Origin: a virus | Taxonomy: Duplodnaviria; Caudoviricetes | Strand: one strand, 5' to 3' | DNA length: 64,000 nt | Virus record (IMG/VR): IMGVR_UViG_3300037808_002146 | In this document: positions 46,287 to 55,413 of the stretch, piece by piece | Layout of the letters: every line of letters begins with the position of its first letter | Numbering within the stretch: position 1 is the stretch's first letter | Position numbers and translations under genes: made by a program | Notes under the pieces: model-generated | The model's database searches: none | What the model was told of the DNA's origin: nothing | The model's input: only the letters and a program-made list of their open reading frames with translations

Positions 46287-46888
46287 TATTCAAGCTCTAT
46301 CTCGATATTTACGTCTACTGTAATCTTCGGTACTCTTAACTGATTAGCTAATCCGTGCTTCTTAGCTTCATCTGCATCTAGAAACCAATCTGCATGCTTT
46401 TTCTTATCGACTAACTTCATGAAGTAGTCATCCTTTTTGCCGCAATTTCTCGCCATCATTGTGTAGATAGTCGTATTGAGTCGATCAGCTTCTTTTGCAC
46501 CAGCTTTGAGTTCCTCAACCTTACCGAAGTCCATGCTAGCAACATCATGAATCATAACCGTTGCATTTGGGTCCATAAATCTTAAACCCTCTTCCCCAAA
46601 AGAGAATAGAATTGCCCCACAAGACATTGCTTTCCCTTCGACAATTGTCGCAATCGGCAACTCTGAATGCTTTATCGCAGATATCATCGCCATTAAGCTA
46701 TAAACTTGACCCCCATATGAGTCGATCACAACTGGTATTACTTTTTGACCAGTGTTATGAGCTCTTGCAATTTCTTGATCAAATTTCTTAGCAGCTTCTT
46801 CGTCGAATTTGTTAACTCTTACGATAACAGGATTGTGACGCATCTCTACTTCTTTTATCAGGGGCGATATTTTTGTTGTCCACTTCAA
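46286..46888 (-). CDS. clpP: ClpP-like protease subunit
   Basis: IDSYGG, GKAMSCG (catalytic Ser), PNATVMIHD (His), DWFLDADEA..GL; probable TTG start after the AAGGAG RBS. Confidence 0.88.
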   Translation of the reverse strand: MKWTTKISPLIKEVEMRHNPVIVRVNKFDEEAAKKFDQEIARAHNTGQKVIPVVIDSYGGQVYSLMAMISAIKHSELPIATIVEGKAMSCGAILFSFGEEGLRFMDPNATVMIHDVASMDFGKVEELKAGAKEADRLNTTIYTMMARNCGKKDDYFMKLVDKKKHADWFLDADEAKKHGLANQLRVPKITVDVNIEIELE

Positions 46889-46901
46889 TTTTCTTTTCTC
46901 C

Positions 46902-49370
46902 TTAAGAACACTTTGAATAGCCGCAAGAAGTACATGCAACGCAACCCTCTTGGTACTTTAATGAATTTTCAGCTCCGCACTCGGGACAAACTTTACTCCC
47001 GCCAGGAACTGTTCCATCATCAATATATTTTTTAAGAACTCTAGAGATAACCTTCGCAAAAGAAAATAAGTGAGCATCTCTATCTTTCTGAAGTTGTTCT
47101 ACTATATACTGAATTGGAGCTCCATGACGTAACGCTAAAGATATAACTCGGGTGAAGCCAGCGTAATCTGGGTTATCGAATACCTTAACAATATCCTTAA
47201 CTACAACTTCACTGCCATTTTCCCCAAAATGCAAATCATACTTCGAAGCCATAGTTTTTCTAGAACGTTTCGTAATTTTCCCATACGAATAAGTTGGTGG
47301 GATTTCAATATATTCAGATTTTCCACCTAAAACCTCATAAGGTCGGCCGGACATTAGACCAACCAAAATAGTCCAAGCTTCGCCTTTTACCTGAGTCCTA
47401 TGTATTTCACACTCCAGAGTTTCTGGTCGTTTTGGAGCATTAACAACTTCTACAGAATTGTTGTTTTCTCTCGACTCAGCACTCACTAAAACTCCAGAAC
47501 GACATCCATCCCTATAGACTGTCAAACCTTTTAGTCCTTGCTTCCAACCCCTCCAATAGACATTTTTAACATCGTCTATTGAGACTTCTCTTGGCAAGTT
47601 TATCGTTTTGCTAATCGCATGGCAAACCCATTTTTGAGCCGCAGCTTGTACGTCAACAGCGGATTCCCAGTTAATCTCGTTTGCAGTGGACAAGTTGTAG
47701 GGACTATCCTCTATTTTAGACAACCCTGATATATTCATCCAGTCTTTGAAGCCATGATGATAAACATCGAACTCTCGCCACTCATCTCCTAGATCATCAA
47801 CAAAGTCTACTTGAGCTTCGAGATCATTCGGATTAACCTTTTTCCTCCTCGTATACTTTAGCATAAAGGCTGGTTCAATCCCGGATGTTGTTTGAGTGAG
47901 CATCGATACACTTCCGCAAGGTGCTGTGGTTGTCAATGCTATGTTTCTTCTACCATGAAGAGAGTGCAAATCTCTAACTTCTGAGCTTTGTTCAAAAATT
48001 CTTTTGATAAATGGGTGATTTAATTCTTTTTCGAAATCGTATACAGGGAAAGCTCCACGCTCTTTAGCTAACAAGCAAGAAGAAGTATACGAAGAGATGC
48101 AAAGGTTTTTATATATCTTTTCTGTCTCATTTATGCTCTCTTCACTGCCATACGTTAACCCGAGCATTGCTAAAGTATCCCCTAGACCTGTAACTCCTAA
48201 ACCTGTCCTTCTCCCATTAATTGCAGCTTTTTTTACTTTGTTCCAAAGATCGAGCTCTGTAGATTTAACGGAATCTGACTCTGGATCTGCTTTAATTTTT
48301 AAAATGATTTTATCAACGCATTCCATTTCAAGATCAATCAAATCATCCATCAGTCTTTGAGCTTTTTTGGTGTTTTTATCAAAAAGCTCGTAATTAAACC
48401 TGCTTTGTTTTGTGAATGGCTTTTCAACAAATGACGTTAGATTCAAAAGTAAAAGTCGGCAACTATCATATGCTGAGAGCGTTATTTCGCTGCATGGGTT
48501 TGTACTAACAGTGTCGAAACCAACATCGCTGTAAGCTTGCGCGGGAGTGTATTTTAAGACATTGTCCCAAAACAAAAGACCAGGTTCAGCGGAAGTATGA
48601 GCTGACTCAATTATTTGATCCCAAAGCTTTGACGCATCAGTTGTTCTAGACACTAGCTTATTTTCTTCACCGGAAACCGGATACCTTAGTTCAAATTCCT
48701 TTTTTTCCTCAACGGCTTCCATAAATTCGTCGGAAAGCCTTATTGATATATTGGCTCCAGTTACTTTCGTCAAGTCTCGCTTGATATTAACAAAAGTTTC
48801 AATATCGGGGTGGTGAACTGAGATTGTTAGCATTAGAGCACCGCGGCGTCCTCCTTGAGCAACTTCTCTGCAACTATTTGAAAACCTTTCCATAAAGATG
48901 CCAATTCCGTCTGTTGTTTTTGCTGCGTTGGAAGTAGATAGACCTTGAGGTCTAATTGAGGATATATCAAACCCTACGCCTCCGCGGCGTTTCATAATCT
49001 GGACTTGCTCTTGATCAGTTTTTAAAATTCCACCGTAGGAATCTTGAGGTGCTTCTACAACAAAACAGTTAGAAAGAGACTGAATTTGGTTTGTGTTGCC
49101 AATGCCAGACATTGGAGATCCCTGGGGAACTACGTACTTAAAGCCCTCTAGCAGCGAGTATATTTCGCTTTCAGACATAGGGTTAGGATAATTCGATTCA
49201 ATCCTAGCAAACTCAGAAGCAATTCTTTTATGCATATCATTTGGATTTTTTTCCAAAAAAGATCCGTCTTTTGAGACTAAAGCGTATTTAGTAGCAAAAA
49301 CATTGGCTGCTAATTCGTCTCCACCAAAATATTTCTTGCTTGATTCCACGACTTCTTCAAAAGTATACAT
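46902..49370 (-). CDS. nrdJ: ribonucleotide reductase, class II (adenosylcobalamin-dependent)
   Basis: SLSNCFV, RRGGVG, TNPCSEI, RRTGLGVTG, TAPCGSVS, C-terminal CxxC...GYSKC; no beta subunit adjacent. Confidence 0.9.
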   Translation of the reverse strand: MYTFEEVVESSKKYFGGDELAANVFATKYALVSKDGSFLEKNPNDMHKRIASEFARIESNYPNPMSESEIYSLLEGFKYVVPQGSPMSGIGNTNQIQSLSNCFVVEAPQDSYGGILKTDQEQVQIMKRRGGVGFDISSIRPQGLSTSNAAKTTDGIGIFMERFSNSCREVAQGGRRGALMLTISVHHPDIETFVNIKRDLTKVTGANISIRLSDEFMEAVEEKKEFELRYPVSGEENKLVSRTTDASKLWDQIIESAHTSAEPGLLFWDNVLKYTPAQAYSDVGFDTVSTNPCSEITLSAYDSCRLLLLNLTSFVEKPFTKQSRFNYELFDKNTKKAQRLMDDLIDLEMECVDKIILKIKADPESDSVKSTELDLWNKVKKAAINGRRTGLGVTGLGDTLAMLGLTYGSEESINETEKIYKNLCISSYTSSCLLAKERGAFPVYDFEKELNHPFIKRIFEQSSEVRDLHSLHGRRNIALTTTAPCGSVSMLTQTTSGIEPAFMLKYTRRKKVNPNDLEAQVDFVDDLGDEWREFDVYHHGFKDWMNISGLSKIEDSPYNLSTANEINWESAVDVQAAAQKWVCHAISKTINLPREVSIDDVKNVYWRGWKQGLKGLTVYRDGCRSGVLVSAESRENNNSVEVVNAPKRPETLECEIHRTQVKGEAWTILVGLMSGRPYEVLGGKSEYIEIPPTYSYGKITKRSRKTMASKYDLHFGENGSEVVVKDIVKVFDNPDYAGFTRVISLALRHGAPIQYIVEQLQKDRDAHLFSFAKVISRVLKKYIDDGTVPGGSKVCPECGAENSLKYQEGCVACTSCGYSKCS

Positions 49371-49373
49371 TTT

Positions 49374-50804
49374 TTATCCCTTCAATTCATCCCACTTTTT
49401 CTTTAGGTTTTCTTTCATTACTTTTTCATCACTCTGAACTGCTTCTGCTAAAGTTTGAACTTCTTCGTTTAGAAGTTCAAATCTTGACATGCTGGTGTCA
49501 ATATGGACTGGGAAGAGTATACCGTCTTTACCAGCCCTATTTTTAGCGACAAACAACCTGCCATGACCCGTAGCTTTTTCCATTGGTTTTCTAGATAAAG
49601 TTACAACAAAATCTGCGACCATCGCTTTGCCATATGCTTCTGCCATATTTTCTAAACCAACAATTTCAGAGTTAGATGAGTCTCTGTTCGCTTGAGAAGC
49701 TGTCCAAACCGGTATGCTCATTTCCATTGCCAAATTTCTTAATTCTTCGTAAATCAATTTTAACTCGTGCCTTAAGGAATCATAAGCCCTCGTTGATCTC
49801 ATAATATCTGCGTAATCAATTATTATTACGCTTGGCTTAAAACCTCTCAACATCAACTTATCAATGTGATTTCTAAGAGTAACAACAGACGCTGAATTGG
49901 TCGGATACTCTTTTATTATCAATCTTCCTAAGTCTTCGTTGCTTTCATAAAAATTAATCACTTTTTCCTTTTGGTTAATGACATCAGAGGAATTAATTCC
50001 ACAAAGGTTAGAATCGTACCTAAGACCAACGGATTGCTCCGTTAACTCAAACGTATAATGAAGAACGTTTTTTCCAGCTTTCATTGCGTTTGCTCCCATA
50101 GCAACGAGCCAATGAGATTTGCCAACGCCAGTATTAGCTGTTATGATGCCTATTTCTCCCCTTCCTAAGCCACCATTGAGAATATCTGCTGCATCGAGTT
50201 TACTTAGGCCGGTTGGACATACCTGCCTATTAATTTTAATAAATCGAGCTTCAATATCTTCAAAAAAATCATGACCTGCAGAGTTGGGTAAACCAATAGA
50301 AATAGCGTTTTTCATCAAAGTTAAAACATGATCAAACTTATCTTCAGAGATTAGCTCAACTGATTTCTCTAGTGCTTCTTTAAAAGCTTGCCTTTTACAA
50401 AAATCAAGAATTTTTTCTTTCACGTAAGCAACATCACCTGGATGTGGGTTCTTTTTCATACGGTGCAAAAAATCTATGACTTGTGTTTTTAGAAGATCAT
50501 CATTTTCTTCCTGAAATGATTCTTTGACAATTGAAACTAATAATTGAGTCGTTGGGAAACAACGATATCTGAAGAAATAATTGAAATATTTTTCGCACAA
50601 AAAACGTAAGTAAACTAACTCAAAAAAATCAAATCGCATTACTTCAACCATCTGTGCAGCCCAAGCGTGGTCGGTTAAAAGCCCTTGAAGTATTTTTTCT
50701 TGAAACTGCTTATTATATTTAGAAAACTGTCCAGCTGGGACGTGATCAAGGACGGTGATTGGTGCGTTATCAAGGATGATAACTTCGTTTTCGTTATTTT
50801 CCAT
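49374..50804 (-). CDS. dnaB: replicative DNA helicase (DnaB/T4 gp41 family)
   Basis: Walker A ANTGVGKS, IIDYAD, WTASQANR, AKNRAG. Confidence 0.9.
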   Translation of the reverse strand: MENNENEVIILDNAPITVLDHVPAGQFSKYNKQFQEKILQGLLTDHAWAAQMVEVMRFDFFELVYLRFLCEKYFNYFFRYRCFPTTQLLVSIVKESFQEENDDLLKTQVIDFLHRMKKNPHPGDVAYVKEKILDFCKRQAFKEALEKSVELISEDKFDHVLTLMKNAISIGLPNSAGHDFFEDIEARFIKINRQVCPTGLSKLDAADILNGGLGRGEIGIITANTGVGKSHWLVAMGANAMKAGKNVLHYTFELTEQSVGLRYDSNLCGINSSDVINQKEKVINFYESNEDLGRLIIKEYPTNSASVVTLRNHIDKLMLRGFKPSVIIIDYADIMRSTRAYDSLRHELKLIYEELRNLAMEMSIPVWTASQANRDSSNSEIVGLENMAEAYGKAMVADFVVTLSRKPMEKATGHGRLFVAKNRAGKDGILFPVHIDTSMSRFELLNEEVQTLAEAVQSDEKVMKENLKKKWDELKG

Positions 50805-50806
50805 TA

Positions 50807-51766
50807 TTATTTCAAATTCCTAACTGCTAAAAAAAATCTTTCTACATCAAAATTCTTAACGCCGATCGCATTTTGTTCACGAATAAAACTCAGTTTATCT
50901 CTTTTTTTATCTTCACTATCTCGGATGTAACTTTCTATTTTCTGTATTTGAAAAGCTGACAGGTTTCTCACACCTAAATTCATGAGTTTCCAATTTTTCA
51001 TTGGTACCTCTGGGTTGTTAGCAATTTCAGCGTATAGTTTTAATTTGCTATTTTCGCTTTTTAGCTTCGCTAACTCAACTAGATCATCTATGAGTAAATT
51101 TTTTTCATTAATTTCTGGAAATCTTTTAACCATACTCTTAAAGCCTGCGCCCTTTATGCCTCGCAAGTTGTCGGAAGGATCTCCTACAAAAGATCTAACT
51201 AAACAAAAATCCTCAGGATAGATAGAAAATTTTTGTTTCACTGCTTCTTTATCGATTATCTTCTTTTGTCCTGGTGACCATTGCAAGGTGTTTTCATCAA
51301 TTAGCTGGTATAAATCTTTATCTGAAGATATTATTATTTTATCTTGAGATGGAAAAGTAAGCTTGCACATATACCCTATGATGTCGTCAGCTTCGCAATC
51401 TGCAACATACAGCTGTTTTATACCTGATTTATTTAAGAGTTTAATCAACTTTGATATTTGCCAGTTCCTATTTTCGTAAGTGTCGGGCATCTCTTCTTCT
51501 GCATAAAATCTATTTAGCTTTTGTGGCCTTTTTGTATGTTTATAAGAAGATTGAATGAACCTCCTGCGCGGGGATCCACCACCTTCCCAGATAACATAGA
51601 TGCTCGAAGGAGTAAATCGTTCAGATAATAATTGTATCGCTTTCAAAAACCCGACTACACCCCCTACATGCTCGCCATTTTGAGATATAGTCGGATTAGC
51701 GATAAAATGTCTAGTGAATAAATTTAAAGAATCGATTATGAGAATCGGTCTTTTAAGCTGTTTCAC
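50807..51766 (-). CDS. second 5'-3' exonuclease / flap endonuclease
   Basis: IIDSLN, WEGGG, EADDIIG, SSDKDLYQL, GDPSDNLRGIKGAG. Confidence 0.9.
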   Translation of the reverse strand: MKQLKRPILIIDSLNLFTRHFIANPTISQNGEHVGGVVGFLKAIQLLSERFTPSSIYVIWEGGGSPRRRFIQSSYKHTKRPQKLNRFYAEEEMPDTYENRNWQISKLIKLLNKSGIKQLYVADCEADDIIGYMCKLTFPSQDKIIISSDKDLYQLIDENTLQWSPGQKKIIDKEAVKQKFSIYPEDFCLVRSFVGDPSDNLRGIKGAGFKSMVKRFPEINEKNLLIDDLVELAKLKSENSKLKLYAEIANNPEVPMKNWKLMNLGVRNLSAFQIQKIESYIRDSEDKKRDKLSFIREQNAIGVKNFDVERFFLAVRNLK

Positions 51767-52956
51767 GTATCTAATTCCAAAAAGTCTTGCTCTGATTCTA
51801 AAGAGATAGATCTTATTTCTTCGTAAGATTCTAAATCAATGTCTAATGAGTTTGGATCAGACATTTTTCTTACCATCGTAGCTTCTAGAAGATCATCTAT
51901 GTAATTAGAAAACTCGGGATCTCTCCAAACTTCATTAAAGTCTGCTTTGTAGAACTTCTTTTCTACTAAAACTTCGCCTGTCTTCTTGTTGTTTACAATA
52001 AGCGTTTTCCAAGCGCCAGTTCCAGCTAGCTCTATTTTGTTATCGCCAACTATGGCTGGTCCGGACTTTCTTAACTCGTCAAAAACTTGCTCATGCTCTA
52101 AAATACCTTTTCCAAAGTGTATCTCGAAGTTAACTGTTCTAAATGGCGGAGCTACTTTATTTTTAATAGTTTTGGCAGAAACATTTATACCTATGACTTC
52201 CTTCTTTTTGTTTTCAATCTTCTGGCCAGCCCCGAGCTTAATTCTTACAGAAGAATGAAATGGTATAGCTTTACCGCCTGGAGTTGTAGTTGGATCGCCA
52301 TACATAACTCCAATATTTGTTCGAATTTGGTTTAAACAAATTAAAAGAGTGTTAGTTTGACCAATTACGCCTGTTATTTTTCTCATACCTTTAGAGATTG
52401 CTCGAGCTTGAAGGCCGATAGAATTTTGATCGTAATCACCAACCAATTCCGCTTTGGGTGACGAAGCAGCAACAGAGTCCCAAATTATAGTAATCGGAAC
52501 ATCCTTGTCCATTGCTTTCGCTTTTATGATTGTGCCTTCTGCAATTGCTAACACCTCTTCAGTACAGTGAGTGTCAACATAGACAAACCTTTTTGTAATA
52601 TCGACCCCTAAGAGACCTAAGTTTTCAACGCTAGTTGCATTTTCTGTATCGATATAAACAACTATACCTCCCATTTGCTGGGTCGACCTTGCTATTTGAA
52701 TTGCAATGTGAGACTTACCAATAGAAGGTGGACCGAAAATCTCTACGATCCGACCTTCAGGTAAGCCACCATCTCTTTTGTTTGAAATGATATAATCAAG
52801 CTGCTTCGATCCGGTACTGACCCACCTCTTCACATGCGTTGGAGATGAGTCAGTATGCAAATTATAAGCAACTTTGGATCCGTGTTCTTTATTTAGCGAA
52901 GAAATAAGATCGGAAGTAAAATCGTCTGATTGATTTTTAGACTTTTTTTTTGACAT
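51763..52956 (-). CDS. recA: RecA recombinase
   Basis: GLPEGRIVEIFGPPSIGKS, YIDTE, WDSVAA, LNQIR, TTPGGKAIPF, KNKVAPPFR. Confidence 0.95.
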   Translation of the reverse strand: MSKKKSKNQSDDFTSDLISSLNKEHGSKVAYNLHTDSSPTHVKRWVSTGSKQLDYIISNKRDGGLPEGRIVEIFGPPSIGKSHIAIQIARSTQQMGGIVVYIDTENATSVENLGLLGVDITKRFVYVDTHCTEEVLAIAEGTIIKAKAMDKDVPITIIWDSVAASSPKAELVGDYDQNSIGLQARAISKGMRKITGVIGQTNTLLICLNQIRTNIGVMYGDPTTTPGGKAIPFHSSVRIKLGAGQKIENKKKEVIGINVSAKTIKNKVAPPFRTVNFEIHFGKGILEHEQVFDELRKSGPAIVGDNKIELAGTGAWKTLIVNNKKTGEVLVEKKFYKADFNEVWRDPEFSNYIDDLLEATMVRKMSDPNSLDIDLESYEEIRSISLESEQDFLELDT

Positions 52957-52967
52957 TAATATTTACC

Positions 52968-53759
52968 TTAAAAATCACTTTCAAGATCGGCAAAAGCGTC
53001 ATCTAAGCTACTGAACTTCTTTTTAGTTTCAGTATTACTCTCTTGGACCTTTGCGTTTCTTGTCGTTCCTGTATTTTCAACCCCGGAGTCTGAATCATCT
53101 AGATCTCCGTTGAGCCAATCGTTAATAATTTTCTCAAGCTCTTCGCTAGATTTAAGTGCGTACATATCATCAAGGTTTGGAATACTCGAAGTCCAACTCT
53201 TGATTTGATCATGATTTTCAGACAGCCGGCTTTGCTTACCACGTGGTCTGACTTCGGTAGTCGCCCACATTCTCCCGGGAGCTTTGGTACAGATTACTTT
53301 TACGTCCCTACCCTCAGCTAGATCAGTAATATCTCCATAGTCTTCATCTAACATAATGTTTAGCAGAGATTGATATACTGTCTTGCCAAAAGACCAAACT
53401 CTCACCCCTCTATCTTCCTCTCCGCGGACAATGACTGGGGCGTAGTACCTCGGCTTAGGATATAGCTTCTTAGCTAATTCATAAGACTCTTTAGTTCCTT
53501 CATCTCTCAATTTATTAATAAGATCCTGAATTGGATCAGGCTTGCTAAATTGGTAAGGAGCTAGAAGCCCGGGATTATTTCCAATGTTATAATAAAACCA
53601 GCGCTCTACAAAAGGTAGTCCATCCTCATTGTCCGGAAATGAGAGAATACGTACAGTAACCTCTTCTCCTTCTTGGGGACGCCACATAGCATTCCTCTTA
53701 TTACCTTGACCACTAAGCTGGTTTAGCTTTCTTCTAATTGCTTCAAAATCAACTGCCAT
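52968..53759 (-). CDS. single-stranded DNA-binding protein (T4 gp32-like)
   Basis: Position in the replication block; VRILS, YYAPVIVRG, WSFGK, DITD..EGRD; acidic C-terminal tail ending DLESDF. Confidence 0.75.
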   Translation of the reverse strand: MAVDFEAIRRKLNQLSGQGNKRNAMWRPQEGEEVTVRILSFPDNEDGLPFVERWFYYNIGNNPGLLAPYQFSKPDPIQDLINKLRDEGTKESYELAKKLYPKPRYYAPVIVRGEEDRGVRVWSFGKTVYQSLLNIMLDEDYGDITDLAEGRDVKVICTKAPGRMWATTEVRPRGKQSRLSENHDQIKSWTSSIPNLDDMYALKSSEELEKIINDWLNGDLDDSDSGVENTGTTRNAKVQESNTETKKKFSSLDDAFADLESDF

Positions 53760-53802
53760 AATTAGTTCCTCCTAGTTTGACAAATTTTCAACTTGTATTA
53801 TG

Positions 53803-53831
53803 ATTATAAGCTTAGGAAGGTGGGTTTTCAG
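53803..53831 (-). promoter_or_regulatory. sigma70-type promoter CTGAAA-N17-TATAAT upstream of the SSB gene
   Basis: Exact 17-nt spacer, followed by the AGGAGG RBS. Confidence 0.6.
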
Positions 53832-53846
53832 TAATATTTAAAGATT

Positions 53847-54083
53847 TTATTTTTTCTTTTTCTTAGTACGTTTAATAACCTTTTTGGGATAAGATGGCCC
53901 CGTTCCTAAGGGTGTAGAAACTCCAGGCATACCAGCTGCGACTGACATTTCGTCTGATTTTTCGTGATCTCTATCTTCTTTTTCACGAGTGTCTTGATTG
54001 GTGAGATCAGGCTCTCCTAACACATCATTCTTTCTTTCGAGAAAAAGTAAACGTATATAAGTTCTTAGTAATTGTTTGTTCAT
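53847..54083 (-). CDS. small protein with leader-like N-terminus (MNKQLLRTYIRLLFLE)
   Basis: Variant of the LLREYI leader outside the array. Confidence 0.65.
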   Translation of the reverse strand: MNKQLLRTYIRLLFLERKNDVLGEPDLTNQDTREKEDRDHEKSDEMSVAAGMPGVSTPLGTGPSYPKKVIKRTKKKKK

Positions 54084-54091
54084 ATTCTTAA

Positions 54092-54913
54092 TTATTTAGA
54101 AAACCTGTATTTTGGATCAATTTCGAAAATTTGTGGCTCCACTCCTTGTAAATTTTCTAGCAACCAAGCCTCTTCGACTTGACCTTGCTCTCTATTCTCT
54201 ATAGACAGCCACCAACTTCCAATATCCGGATTCCACCTATACCTTCGTTCTTTTAGGAGGTTGTTAGAACCCCTCGGCGAATTTGCTGCGAAAATTTGTA
54301 AATCTGGTGTATGAGCTCGCGTAATCATGCTTGAAGTCTTTCGATTGATATCCAAAACGTGAGTAAGAGCTTCCAGAGCGGCAGCAGAGTCCTTGAAATC
54401 GTAAAAGAAACCGGTAAATACTGAAAGCACGCTTAAACTTCTAGAAGGGAACCCGGTGGTATTCCAATCAATGTGTTCCATCGAACAACCCCACAAAGTG
54501 CTAGTTGTCCCTATATGCTTTTCAATCCACGGTTTGACGAAAGATGAATTATGAGAAACGACTAAGTCAGCTCCTTCAAAAAGTCTAGAAATAAGATCCC
54601 AGTCTATTTTTGAACCAGATTTTTCAACTAAGGAAAAATCTAAAAATCTTTGTTCGTCTTCAGATAATTTTCTACACGGATCTTGGAAAAAAGAAACAGT
54701 TTTTCTAGACTTTGAAAAATCTCCGCTCTTGTTTATATAGCAAAGCTTCAAATTTACCCTCAACAAATCTCCATTGCTGCTGTTAAGAGATGTTGTCGCT
54801 ATACTACAGAATATTACTTTCAAATCATCATCACATAGTTTTGACATTTTCAAAGTCGGAATTTTGCTTATATTTTTAATTTCAATAAAATCTTTTTCGT
54901 TATCAATAATCAT
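54092..54913 (-). CDS. degenerate DnaQ/DEDDh exonuclease-like protein
   Basis: Fold-marking segments (IATTSL, VSHNSSF, WGCSM, LLKERRYRW) are present but the catalytic acidic residues are replaced. Confidence 0.6.
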   Translation of the reverse strand: MIIDNEKDFIEIKNISKIPTLKMSKLCDDDLKVIFCSIATTSLNSSNGDLLRVNLKLCYINKSGDFSKSRKTVSFFQDPCRKLSEDEQRFLDFSLVEKSGSKIDWDLISRLFEGADLVVSHNSSFVKPWIEKHIGTTSTLWGCSMEHIDWNTTGFPSRSLSVLSVFTGFFYDFKDSAAALEALTHVLDINRKTSSMITRAHTPDLQIFAANSPRGSNNLLKERRYRWNPDIGSWWLSIENREQGQVEEAWLLENLQGVEPQIFEIDPKYRFSK

Positions 54914-55413
54914 TAATCATCCCAAGTCTTTTTGTTTCCTTGATATATTATAATCGCTCCTGAATTGTTTTCAACTTGAATCAAGGAACTAACTTTTAAC
55001 AAGCCAGCATTTTGCGACCCAATTAATGTATGGTAGATATATTTGACACCATCACGAGAGCTAATTTCTGAAGTTTTTACTTTTAATCCCGACTTAGCGC
55101 CTCTAGTAACTTGGGAAAGACCAGTATAAACTTTTTTCATAGTCTCCGTGCCAACAAAAGCTTGACGTAATATATTTTTTATTTTTTCCATATCGTCAAC
55201 TCCAGTAGCTGATGATATCTTTAAGTTCTTCATAAGCTGCTTTGGATCCTCCGCGGCTAGTGCGCCGGCTTCTTTTACACCAGTGGAGAAACGACCGCTG
55301 CCAGTAGAGGCCTCTATTCCAGCTTTACTCTTTTTTTCCGGCTTCGCAACTGTCTTCTCTTCTTTTTCTTCAGTAAGAATATCTCGAATAATATCTTTTG
55401 TTGAAACTTTCAT
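54913..55413 (-). CDS. hypothetical protein (putative virion)
   Basis: MKVSTKDIIRDILTE leader-like start. Confidence 0.65.
   Translation of the reverse strand: MKVSTKDIIRDILTEEKEEKTVAKPEKKSKAGIEASTGSGRFSTGVKEAGALAAEDPKQLMKNLKISSATGVDDMEKIKNILRQAFVGTETMKKVYTGLSQVTRGAKSGLKVKTSEISSRDGVKYIYHTLIGSQNAGLLKVSSLIQVENNSGAIIIYQGNKKTWDD

Noticed and set aside
39515-49370. Inteins or introns in dnaE or nrdJ
   Set aside because: The lengths are typical, no C/S...HN-C/S/T intein junctions or LAGLIDADG motifs were noticed, and the ORFs are continuous.
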